Origin: Candidatus Methanoperedens sp.
Lineage (GTDB): Archaea > Halobacteriota > Methanosarcinia > Methanosarcinales > Methanoperedenaceae
Length of the DNA: 32,000 bases
NCBI GenBank assembly: GCA_041494705.1
Contig: JBGQBI010000003.1
Coordinates: 120,001 to 152,000 of the forward strand
Direction of reading: 5' to 3'
Each line of letters begins with the position of its first letter. Positions within the stretch are counted from its first letter, which is position 1. The notes beneath the pieces are model-generated. The model was not told where the DNA came from. It worked only from the letters and a program-made list of their open reading frames with translations, and did not search any database. The translations under genes and the position numbers were made by a program. This document shows positions 22,737 to 31,658 of this stretch, in pieces.

Positions 22737-24218
22737 TCAGGTCTGCCATACCTGTTTTACAAATTCTTTGAAAAGAGCTCCTGTTTGCAAAATATATTCA
22801 GCCTTCCTGCGACTTTTGAAAATTTGCGTCAGGTAAATTTTTGAGAAATAATCAGGAAGGAAAGCAAACAGTGAATTATACTTTTTATGATTCTTTATAT
22901 AAAACTCATTGAAATCCAGATTGTGTTTAGCAAACCGGAACCTCGGGTCTAAAACAAGTTCACGGGGTGGTTCGCTCAGGAGATAATACTCTTCCGGATT
23001 CAGGTTCACATTTTGCTTTTCATATATTTCCGTGCCGATATACGGGATAAAGATATTAAAAGAGGTAACAGTCGGATTTATAGAGTCTAAAAGTTCCAGC
23101 GTCAGCTTCAAGTCTTCTTCGGTTTCTTCAGGCGTGTTTATCAATATATTCGCAAATGTTCTCATTCCGGTTCTGTGGCAAATATCAAATATATTTTTCA
23201 CATGGTCAACTTTAATTCCTTTTTTAAGCCGTTTCAAAACATCCGGAGAGCCTGATTCAACACCAAAATCAACCTGGATGCATCCCGATTTTCTCATCTT
23301 TTGAAGCAATTCTTCTGAAACGGTATTTATTCTTGCAGAACATGCCCATATCAAGTTTAATTTTCTTTTTATCAATTCGTCACAGATATCAGAGACTAAA
23401 TCCTTGCGTATGGTAAAATTATCATCTATGAAATAAAAGGAATCTATACCATACGTTTTTTTCAGGAACTCTATCTCATCCACTACATTCTTAGCGCTCC
23501 TGCACCTCAAGGATTTTCCAGGAGCGAGGACTTTACGCATTTCTGCGCTCACGCAGAAAGTACATTGCGAAGGACATCCTCTTCCCACAAGGATATAAAA
23601 GGAAGAAAGGAATAAACCTCTCACAGAATATGGATTCGGGAGGGTATAGTATTTCATATCCACTTTATCATAAGCCGGGAAGGGCATTGCATCCAGATCA
23701 TTAATAAGCGGTCTTGCTTCGGTCTGCACATATTCGTTTCTTGTCTTATCGTAGTATCCTATTCCGGATATATCATTATAATTTTTATTATCCAGTATTG
23801 CATGAGCCAGTTCATGCAGTGTAACCTCCCCCTCGCCAATTACTACAAAATCAACAGGACTACCTTCCCAAAAAAATTCTTTTGGACGTAGCGTGGGGTG
23901 AACTCCGCCGACAATAATTTTAACATCCCGATTAATTTTTTTTATTTTGTTTGAAATTTCGATAACATCATTAAATTCAGGAGTATAGCAGGTAATTCCA
24001 ACAATTCCGGGATTTAATTTTTCTATCTGTTTAAGGATACATCCCACAATTTTATCATGCTGGCTGCCAACAACCGCCGTTTCAGACTTGGGATCGACAA
24101 TCTCTGTCCTGATGCCATTTTTTTCAAGGGCAGAAGCCAGAAGCATCAAGGCAAGAGGAGGTCTGTGATGATTATAGGCTCTTTTTGGCGGCGAAACCAG
24201 ACATACATCAATACCCAA
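22737..24218 (-). CDS. B12-binding-domain radical SAM enzyme (class B type)
   Basis: It has the motif GCPSQCTFC. The N-terminal domain reads VCLVSPP...RPPLALMLLASALEKNGIRTEIVD...IIVGGVHPT...DFVVIGEGEVTLHELA. Confidence 0.9.
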   Translation of the reverse strand: MGIDVCLVSPPKRAYNHHRPPLALMLLASALEKNGIRTEIVDPKSETAVVGSQHDKIVGCILKQIEKLNPGIVGITCYTPEFNDVIEISNKIKKINRDVKIIVGGVHPTLRPKEFFWEGSPVDFVVIGEGEVTLHELAHAILDNKNYNDISGIGYYDKTRNEYVQTEARPLINDLDAMPFPAYDKVDMKYYTLPNPYSVRGLFLSSFYILVGRGCPSQCTFCVSAEMRKVLAPGKSLRCRSAKNVVDEIEFLKKTYGIDSFYFIDDNFTIRKDLVSDICDELIKRKLNLIWACSARINTVSEELLQKMRKSGCIQVDFGVESGSPDVLKRLKKGIKVDHVKNIFDICHRTGMRTFANILINTPEETEEDLKLTLELLDSINPTVTSFNIFIPYIGTEIYEKQNVNLNPEEYYLLSEPPRELVLDPRFRFAKHNLDFNEFYIKNHKKYNSLFAFLPDYFSKIYLTQIFKSRRKAEYILQTGALFKEFVKQVWQT

Positions 24219-24221
24219 ATT

Positions 24222-25118
24222 CTAAACCTCCAGCTCATTTTTTTTACAGAATACTACCATAGTCTCAGATAACTTAAATAGATGACCTATGGGTTTTATT
24301 ATTAATGAAAAGACCATAACAGGAACCATGAACAACGTTCTAATGGACTTTTTTCTATCCAATGAATTTATTAGACTGTGATAAAGGTCTAAAGGAAATT
24401 CAAATAATGGAAATGTCATGCTAAATATCTTAAATCCGTTTTTATTGAGTATTTTGTTAATAGTCTCCGGATTATAATGATGCAGATGCCGCGGAGAATC
24501 CAGATGTATCCAGTGTTTTTTCCCCAGTTTAAAACCAAGGCTGTTGATATTGGGAACTGATACCACAAGGATGCCATCTTCTTTCAGTATCCTGTCAATC
24601 TCTTTAAGTTCTTCGTTCGGATCATAAACATGTTCCAATACATGCCACAGGGTAATTACATCAAAAAAATTATCGGGGAATTTACATTCCGTTAACGTTT
24701 GGTTTAAAGTGTTAACTTTAGTTAGCTTATTGGTCAGGTTATATCCTACAGGGTTGGGTTCTATTCCATACAACTCCCATTCACCGGAAAAAACCGATAA
24801 AAAATCCCCATTGCCGCAGCCTATATCCAGAACCTTCCCTTTTGTTTTATGTTCCTGTATCTTGTTGACTTTAACCCGGTTTAAAAATTTGCAGAAAATC
24901 TTTTCAAACTTACCAAGTGCAGCGTGGTAATAACAAGCAGGGTAGAACTTTCCCATTTCATCCTTTTCCGGTCTTGGATTGAGGAAGACCAGACCGCAAT
25001 TGCTACACTTTACAACATTGAATGTATCCTCAGATAGATGATAACGAAAATCTTTACTTTCCATAATCCCTTCGTAATCATCTGAGCGGCAAAGAATGCA
25101 ATTTACTTTTTCCATCAA
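24222..25118 (-). CDS. Class I SAM-dependent methyltransferase with an N-terminal zinc-ribbon (CxxC...CxxC)
   Basis: The ribbon is CILCRS...CSNCGLVFLNP. Motif I is VLDIGCGNGDF, followed by FDVITLWHVLEHVYDP and ILVVSVPN (Methyltransf_23-like). Confidence 0.85.
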   Translation of the reverse strand: MMEKVNCILCRSDDYEGIMESKDFRYHLSEDTFNVVKCSNCGLVFLNPRPEKDEMGKFYPACYYHAALGKFEKIFCKFLNRVKVNKIQEHKTKGKVLDIGCGNGDFLSVFSGEWELYGIEPNPVGYNLTNKLTKVNTLNQTLTECKFPDNFFDVITLWHVLEHVYDPNEELKEIDRILKEDGILVVSVPNINSLGFKLGKKHWIHLDSPRHLHHYNPETINKILNKNGFKIFSMTFPLFEFPLDLYHSLINSLDRKKSIRTLFMVPVMVFSLIIKPIGHLFKLSETMVVFCKKNELEV

Positions 25119-26329
25119 TAGTTTCTCTCTTTGAACAATATTTCCAGATTATTCATAATTTCATCAGCGCGCTTCTCCCAGTCCCATTTTTCAATTATAA
25201 GATTTCTAGCATCATTTGCGGTATTTGTATATAAATTTTCATCTCTCAAAAGTTCTAAAATACTGTTGGCAAAACCCGTGATGTCTCTAGGAGGGACTTT
25301 TAGCATACCTTTTGGATAATACGTCCTTAAAGCCTCTAAATCAAAGCTCACTCCCGGCAGTCCCCATGCCATGCCTTCAGCAGCCGCCATACCGCCGCTG
25401 TCGTAGATTGCCGGGTGAACCATGAGCTTGCTCATCTTGAATATCTCAAATTTCTCGTTACCGTCTTTAAAGCCGAGCATATCGATTTGTTCTTCGAGGT
25501 TCTGTTCGTTTATTTTTTTTCTTACTTCTTTTTCCAGAGGACCATTCCCAATCATCGCCAGCCTTGCATCTGGCTTTGCTTTGCATACGTTTGCCCAGAT
25601 ATCGATTAATTCCAGTACACCTTTCTGGGGATGCAGCCTGCCCACGAAGCACGCATCATATTTTCTTTTATCTTTCGGGATTACCTTTTTTGAATTTAGA
25701 TATTTTGTTGAAGGGTTTATATCCACCCCGCCGCGAATTACCATTATCCCATTCCTGCCTCTTTTTCCTGTAATAAATCTTCTGACATCTGGTTCGCTGG
25801 TAACGAAGACAGCATCCGCATAACGCTTAACAATCCAGTAGATTGGCAATTGGGATAAATAATAAAACAGTCCTTTTAATTTTCTATCGCCGGTATAAGG
25901 CGAATCTCTGGAAAATGGATTGGGTGCAAAAAGGTAAAATCCTGCAACCCATTTTATTTTATCTTTAAACTTTAATTTCAATGCAAAAGCAGGAATAGAA
26001 TCCGGTAAAAAATCCGAAGCTGAATATACTATTAAATTATCAGGGGCTTTTTGAACTTTTAAAGCCCGGATACAACCTTTAATCGTCCTTATCATGTACA
26101 TAGGCACAAATCCAAGGTTTTTGTACCTTGAAGCCCGACATATCGTATAGTTAACATTCTCAAGATTATTCCTCATACACATTTCATAGCCTTCTTCCCA
26201 GACAAATATGTTTATAACATATCCAGATGTTGTCCATCTCCTGGCAAGCTCTATAAATATCCGGTCTCCCCCGCTTAGACCAAACCCGAGTGCGGCATTA
26301 GCAATTACGTAGATATTTTTAAGCTTCAT
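25115..26329 (-). CDS. GT4-type (GT-B fold) glycosyltransferase
   Basis: The N-terminus reads IYVIANAALGFGLSGGDRIFIELARRW. The C-terminal domain contains FVGRLHPQKGVLELI, AMIGNGP and YDSGGMAAAEGMAWGLPGV. A 4-nt ATGA overlap links it to the downstream MTase. Confidence 0.85.
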   Translation of the reverse strand: MKLKNIYVIANAALGFGLSGGDRIFIELARRWTTSGYVINIFVWEEGYEMCMRNNLENVNYTICRASRYKNLGFVPMYMIRTIKGCIRALKVQKAPDNLIVYSASDFLPDSIPAFALKLKFKDKIKWVAGFYLFAPNPFSRDSPYTGDRKLKGLFYYLSQLPIYWIVKRYADAVFVTSEPDVRRFITGKRGRNGIMVIRGGVDINPSTKYLNSKKVIPKDKRKYDACFVGRLHPQKGVLELIDIWANVCKAKPDARLAMIGNGPLEKEVRKKINEQNLEEQIDMLGFKDGNEKFEIFKMSKLMVHPAIYDSGGMAAAEGMAWGLPGVSFDLEALRTYYPKGMLKVPPRDITGFANSILELLRDENLYTNTANDARNLIIEKWDWEKRADEIMNNLEILFKERNY

Positions 26330-27092
26330 GCAAATTTGCTTCTTTTCTTGCTATAACTTCTATGCAATGGTATCCCGGGATTGGAATTGAGGAAAATTTT
26401 CTTAAATAATTCAAATGGTGCGCAGGGAATGTTCTAAAAAATTCTGATTTAAATATTTGAAATAATAGTTTAAAAAAAGGGTCAATTAGAGGATATTTTA
26501 ATGCTGGCGTATCTTTATATATTATTGAAAAATTATTTTTTTTCAATAAATCTTCAAAACTTTGAATGGATTTATATTCTCTCAAATGGGTTGGTTCGAG
26601 TACGGACTCCCCAGCATCATTTTTGTAAAAATATCTTGCATTTTTTGACTTTAAAACTGTCGTGCATAAAAATATTCCATTTGGTTTTAATATTCTATTT
26701 ACCTCATTTAAAAATAAATCATCATCGAGATGTTCGATAACCATCGTTGATGTTGCCATATCAAATGACTCATTCTCAAAATTAGTATGCAAAATATCAT
26801 TACACAATATAGTCACATCGCGAAGCCACATTTTTGTATCTCCACAAATAACTTCAGAAGAATCAACACCGTAAAGGTTTATATTTTTATTAATTTTTCT
26901 TATGTTATACAACAATGTTCCGCTTCCGCACCCCATATCTACAAGCTTAGAATTATTGTTATCTAAAATTTCAAGGAATTTACTCCAGATCAAGTCGGAG
27001 GAAATTATAAATTTTCGGTCTAAAGGAGCACCAAACGTTTTTTTATAGCGGTTATTAAACCAACGCGAATTATCTTCATTGTTATCAATCAT
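26319..27092 (-). CDS. Class I SAM-dependent methyltransferase
   Basis: Motif I is LVDMGCGSGTLL, followed by LYGVDSS, FDMATSTMVIEHLDD and GIFLCTT. An SD-like TAGGA lies 5 nt upstream of the ATG. Confidence 0.85.
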   Translation of the reverse strand: MIDNNEDNSRWFNNRYKKTFGAPLDRKFIISSDLIWSKFLEILDNNNSKLVDMGCGSGTLLYNIRKINKNINLYGVDSSEVICGDTKMWLRDVTILCNDILHTNFENESFDMATSTMVIEHLDDDLFLNEVNRILKPNGIFLCTTVLKSKNARYFYKNDAGESVLEPTHLREYKSIQSFEDLLKKNNFSIIYKDTPALKYPLIDPFFKLLFQIFKSEFFRTFPAHHLNYLRKFSSIPIPGYHCIEVIARKEANLHEA

Positions 27093-27186
27093 AATTCCTA
27101 TCTCTTTTAGCTATCATTTTTGCCCTTTTGGCATCAAGGGCTAACATTGGCTATTATATTGATGGTCAACTTATCGTTTTTATTTT

Positions 27187-28677
27187 TCATCTACCCTGCC
27201 CTCTAATTTTTAATAAATTATTTATAGAGTGATTTACTTTTATTAACCCTATTTGCATAACATATTTAGGATGCCATGTCAAAATTTTTAACATTTGTTT
27301 TGGTCTATAATAAAATTGACTGGCTGCCCTATTCCAGAGTTTAATGAGTTCATCTTCAGAAATCCCATCTAAAGAAAAGGTACGTGCCGAGCCAAACCGA
27401 TAATCTTTCCAGTCATTACTTTTAAGCAAACCCTTATCCTTAACATATTTATACAGACGTGTTCCTGGGAATGGGGTAACCAAAGTAAACAATGCATAAT
27501 CAAGGTCGAGTCTTTGGGATAATTTAATTGTATCCTCTATAGTTTCTTTAGTTTCCGTCGGGTAGCCTATCATGAAATATGCTTTAACCCGGATTCCTGA
27601 TTCCTTAATCATTTTAACAGTTTCAAACACCTGATCAATTTTTAAGCCCTTTTCCGCGAAGTCTAATATTTTCTGGTTCCCAAATTCGATACCGAGGGCT
27701 ATGGATTTGCAGTTTGCTTTTTTCATCTCAATTAATAATTCGCGGCTTAACGTGCCCACCCGCCCGTTAGTTTCCCAATCAATCTTATTTAATCCTCTCT
27801 CTACCATTCCCCTGCAAATTGCCATTGCCCATTTCTTATTCAGCGTAAATAAGTCATCTTCTATTCGAATCGCTTTTACGTTATATTTCTTATAAACAAA
27901 TTCTATTTCATCAAGTACGTTTTCAACGGATCGTCTTCTCTGGTTGCCCCATACTGCATTACAGGCACAGAAATGGCAGGCAAACGGGCACCCCCTGGAA
28001 CTCAGTATGAGTGTAAATGGTTTTTGCCCGCCGATAGAATGCGGCGAACGATATGCATCTAAAGGTAAAAGGTCTCTTGCCGGAAATGGTAATTCATCAA
28101 GATTTTTAAGATATTCACTTTGTTGATTTATAATAATTTGACCGTCTAACCTGTACGCAATACCTTTAACCTGAGCTAACTCGCCTCCTGCGCGGACTGT
28201 TTTAATTAATTCCAGCGTTGGATATTCCCCTTCTCCTATTACGCAGTAATCCACGAAAGGCATTGTCTGCATCACCTCTTCATGCTGCGGATGTATATGC
28301 GGTCCTCCAAAAATAATTTTAGTTTGTGGTGATTTTTCCTTTATCCCCTTTGCGATTTCTCCACAAACGTTGACCATAAATGTATATACGGTAACTCCAA
28401 CGAAATCGGGTGCATCGTTAGCGACTGATTCAATAACACCCTCGACAGATTGTTTCAATGCATTTCCATCAATTATTTTAACATCCATCCCATTATTTTG
28501 CAGTACAGCAGCAACATATGCTAATCCTATCGGCGGATCGATCACAAGCAAATCATTCTTAATAGCATTGATATAATCCGCATCAGGTGGTGAAATTAAC
28601 ACTACGATAGGTGGTTTTTTCTCATTGGGTTTTATTTCTTTAGTGTTTTCAATCATAATCCTTAACCTTTTTAGCAA
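27187..28677 (-). CDS. B12-binding-domain radical SAM enzyme (class B type)
   Basis: It has the motif GCPFACHFC. The N-terminal domain reads IVVLISPP...DPPIGLAYVAAVLQNNGMDVKIIDGN...IIFGGPHIHP...DYCVIGEGEYPTLELI. The C-terminal YFMIGYPTET...LVTPFPGT block is present. Confidence 0.9.
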   Translation of the reverse strand: MLKRLRIMIENTKEIKPNEKKPPIVVLISPPDADYINAIKNDLLVIDPPIGLAYVAAVLQNNGMDVKIIDGNALKQSVEGVIESVANDAPDFVGVTVYTFMVNVCGEIAKGIKEKSPQTKIIFGGPHIHPQHEEVMQTMPFVDYCVIGEGEYPTLELIKTVRAGGELAQVKGIAYRLDGQIIINQQSEYLKNLDELPFPARDLLPLDAYRSPHSIGGQKPFTLILSSRGCPFACHFCACNAVWGNQRRRSVENVLDEIEFVYKKYNVKAIRIEDDLFTLNKKWAMAICRGMVERGLNKIDWETNGRVGTLSRELLIEMKKANCKSIALGIEFGNQKILDFAEKGLKIDQVFETVKMIKESGIRVKAYFMIGYPTETKETIEDTIKLSQRLDLDYALFTLVTPFPGTRLYKYVKDKGLLKSNDWKDYRFGSARTFSLDGISEDELIKLWNRAASQFYYRPKQMLKILTWHPKYVMQIGLIKVNHSINNLLKIRGQGR

Positions 28678-29317
28678 TCATTATTTGTCCCTTGGGCATT
28701 AATCCAAAATAGCTCCCGTTCCATTTGTGGTCAATCACTTCAAAGCCTGAATTTTCCAGTACACTCTTTAAAGTCTTTTTTGTAAAAAATCGTATATGAG
28801 GGTTGGTTGGGTAGAAATATCTGTCAAATATAAATGCCAATATAAGTATTTTTAACAAATTGAAATCAGTTGTGGTTATTATTAAATGTCCCCCCATCTT
28901 TAAAGTTCTATTAAATTCCCTGAACATTTTTTCTACATCAAGAATATGTTCAACTACTTCAATTGAAGTGATTACATCAAAATACTGGGATGGGAATAGT
29001 AAATCAGTAATCTGGCTGACTTTAAAATTAATACCACTATACATGTCTCTGGCGAGCTTAATTGCAGTCTCAGAAATATCAACTCCATAAACATTGCTTA
29101 CGTTATCTAATTTCGCGAGTTCATTGGTAAAAAAACCACTCCCGCATCCAACGTCGAGAACAATACCTTTAATTACCGGTTTAGACACTTTTAAAATCCT
29201 GTTCAGATCAACCTCGTTCCATTCGGGAGGGGCTGTTGCAACACCTTTTTTGTTAACAGTCTCCATGTGCCAGTATCGTTCATAATAATTTTTTTCCAAA
29301 TCATGCACCTCCATCAT
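28649..29317 (-). CDS. Class I SAM-dependent methyltransferase
   Basis: Motif I is VLDVGCGSGFF, followed by VYGVDISETAI, FDVITSIEVVEHILD and GHLIITT. Confidence 0.85.
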   Translation of the reverse strand: MMEVHDLEKNYYERYWHMETVNKKGVATAPPEWNEVDLNRILKVSKPVIKGIVLDVGCGSGFFTNELAKLDNVSNVYGVDISETAIKLARDMYSGINFKVSQITDLLFPSQYFDVITSIEVVEHILDVEKMFREFNRTLKMGGHLIITTTDFNLLKILILAFIFDRYFYPTNPHIRFFTKKTLKSVLENSGFEVIDHKWNGSYFGLMPKGQIMIAKKVKDYD

Positions 29318-30455
29318 AAGAATTCAGTATTAGTTTTGCATTGCGTTCCGAAAAATGTTTTATCGCATAATCTCGACAATTGCCAGCAAGCCGCTCATAT
29401 TTTTTTTTGTTATTATACAAATCATTAATGGTATTTTTCAAATTTTCCATGGTCGGTTCAACAAGCACACTAACGCTGCTGTCAACTGCTAACGGAATCG
29501 CCCCTTTATTTGACCCGACAAGTGGTAAGCCACATGATATAGATTCTAAAATTACTTTTGCGAACCCTTCTTCGTATTGAGAAGGTATGGCAAAAATATC
29601 GCTTGCATTATAATATAATGGCAAATTATTATTATCCACTTTTCCAACAAAAATGACATTTGGCAACATTCCAGAAGATTTTTTTATATCTTCACTCAGA
29701 GGACCATCCCCTATAAATGCAAAGTGTATATTACTCTGGGTTTGTCTTGCAACATCCAATAAAACCTCAGCACCTTTGATTTTAATAAATCTTCCAACAA
29801 ACAATACAATAAATTTTCCATCCCACCCAAGCCTCTTTTTTGCTTCTAGTTTATCCTTTGGTTTGAAGATTTGCAGGTTAATCCAATATCTATAAACGTC
29901 TATTTTAGATTCTGATAATCCTAATTTTAACATCTCTTCTTTTGATTTATTTGATAAAGCCAAAATTTTATCTGCCGAATCCAGCGTCCATTTCATCAAT
30001 AGAGCAGTAAAAGACCGTTTATTTATTACGTAGAGTGCATGAGTGCTTGCGACAAATCTTTTGTTAAAAACTTTAGATAATATTTTTGCGATGAATGAAG
30101 CATTGAATCCCTGTGCATGTATTACATCAACCCTACCTGGATTTTGCAGCATGAAAATAAAGCTTCTGAAAAGAAGCCAAGGCGTGAGATAAAAAAATTC
30201 AAGAAATGGGTATTTTTCAAGTTTATGAAATAAATTCAAACCAAACCATGAATATCTCCTAATATCGAGGTTATCATTTTTCTCAACAGCTTTGCCTCTT
30301 GCTTTTGTTGTGATTGGTTGGTAGGTAAGAACATAAACCATGCAAACGTTTTTCCTCAAATACTCACACAGGTCATGGAGATGTGTTTCAACTCCACCTA
30401 TATTCGGTCTGAAAAAAGGAGATATAATCAGTACTTTTTCTTTTTGTATTTTCAT
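29301..30455 (-). CDS. GT4-type (GT-B fold) glycosyltransferase
   Basis: Diagnostic motifs are VLIISPFFRPNIGGVETHLHDLCEYL, FVGRFIKIKGAEVLL, FIGDGP, and the E-x7-E motif in IPSQYEEGFAKVILESISCGLPLVGS. Confidence 0.9.
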   Translation of the reverse strand: MKIQKEKVLIISPFFRPNIGGVETHLHDLCEYLRKNVCMVYVLTYQPITTKARGKAVEKNDNLDIRRYSWFGLNLFHKLEKYPFLEFFYLTPWLLFRSFIFMLQNPGRVDVIHAQGFNASFIAKILSKVFNKRFVASTHALYVINKRSFTALLMKWTLDSADKILALSNKSKEEMLKLGLSESKIDVYRYWINLQIFKPKDKLEAKKRLGWDGKFIVLFVGRFIKIKGAEVLLDVARQTQSNIHFAFIGDGPLSEDIKKSSGMLPNVIFVGKVDNNNLPLYYNASDIFAIPSQYEEGFAKVILESISCGLPLVGSNKGAIPLAVDSSVSVLVEPTMENLKNTINDLYNNKKKYERLAGNCRDYAIKHFSERNAKLILNSYDGGA

Positions 30456-30468
30456 TTTTTTAAACTTC

Positions 30469-31590
30469 CTAATTCTCGATGAGTTCTTTTATATCAATTT
30501 TGGGGAGTGAACTGACATACTTGAGTATATTATTCCTGTATTGTTCCTGCGCATGAAAAATCTTAAATATCGAATTTATGAATTCGGTCTCAGATGGCTC
30601 GATAACAAGGCCTAACTCATTATCTCTAACTACCGATGAAAAAAATCCAATACCGTCTGTAACAATAACAGGAAGCATATACTGGATATAATGCATAATT
30701 TTTCCGGGAATGGTGTAATATGAGTAGGTTTGTTTTAATGTTAGTATGTTTATCCCACAAAAGCAATCAGATAATATCTTAATTAATTGATCTGTTTCAA
30801 CAAAGCCTAAAAATTTAACATATTGTTCGACATGATATTGCTTGGATAATTGCTTAAAATACTCGTAATGGTGAGTTTTTGGACCAATGATTATTAAAGA
30901 AACGTCTTCTTCCTGCCTTATTTTGTTCAGCGCCTTTATTGCTAAATCCAAGCCAGAATCTTTCCTCATCTGTCCAATAAAGCATATATTTTTACTCATT
31001 TTGTTAGGGGAGATTGCACTTATTTTAATTCTCGGGTTAAATATGTATAATTTTTCTTTTTTCGCAATTTTTCTGCCCCAAAATTTATATCGCGCTTCGG
31101 ATAGTCTCGGAGTATGGTTTAAAACTACGTCATTAAGTTTGCATGCAAGATAATCATTAATTGGAAAAAGTAAATTATTGGCAACATAGCTGAAAAAGTT
31201 TTTTTTATTAACAGGATTTACGAGCCAATCGCCCGGTACGTATATAGATTCATCACACAGACGGCACTTGCGTAATAACCCTACAATAACCGCTGCATCG
31301 GTATTCTCAACCCAGACTACTCTGGGTCGAAATTTCCAGCAAATTAGAAAAAAAAGTTTTAAAATTTTGACAGTGTTGAAGATGTAAAAATACTTGTGAT
31401 TTTTGGTTTTAAAATACCAAATAATGTTATCTTTTAAGTAAATATTGGATGGTTTATAGCGAACCGTTATTTTCTCCAGGTCATGAATCAGGATAATGGA
31501 ATTCTTGCTGTAATTAATAATATCATTTTCAAAGGACTCTGTATCGGAAGAATTCATTTTAAATGCTAAAATATCTGCTTTGACCATCAA
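30469..31590 (-). CDS. Divergent GT-B fold glycosyltransferase-like protein
   Basis: The C-terminal half has the GT1/GT4 layout (CFIGQMRKDSGLDLAIKAL, LIIIGPK, VKFLGFV, LPVIVTD). The canonical E-x7-E motif is not evident, and the N-terminal half is unrecognisable. Confidence 0.55.
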   Translation of the reverse strand: MMVKADILAFKMNSSDTESFENDIINYSKNSIILIHDLEKITVRYKPSNIYLKDNIIWYFKTKNHKYFYIFNTVKILKLFFLICWKFRPRVVWVENTDAAVIVGLLRKCRLCDESIYVPGDWLVNPVNKKNFFSYVANNLLFPINDYLACKLNDVVLNHTPRLSEARYKFWGRKIAKKEKLYIFNPRIKISAISPNKMSKNICFIGQMRKDSGLDLAIKALNKIRQEEDVSLIIIGPKTHHYEYFKQLSKQYHVEQYVKFLGFVETDQLIKILSDCFCGINILTLKQTYSYYTIPGKIMHYIQYMLPVIVTDGIGFFSSVVRDNELGLVIEPSETEFINSIFKIFHAQEQYRNNILKYVSSLPKIDIKELIEN

Positions 31591-31658
31591 TGAATCTCCA
31601 TATAATTTCCTTATTTTGATTAAACAATCTATTTTATTTTATAGTTTATATGAATAAT

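Noticed and set aside
27122-27141. GCCCTT...AAGGGC hairpin in the 94-bp gap between the radical SAM and MTase genes
   Set aside because: The 6-bp stem is followed by an A-run on the transcribed (minus) strand and preceded by a T-run on the plus strand. It therefore fits an intrinsic terminator in neither direction and is too weak to call.
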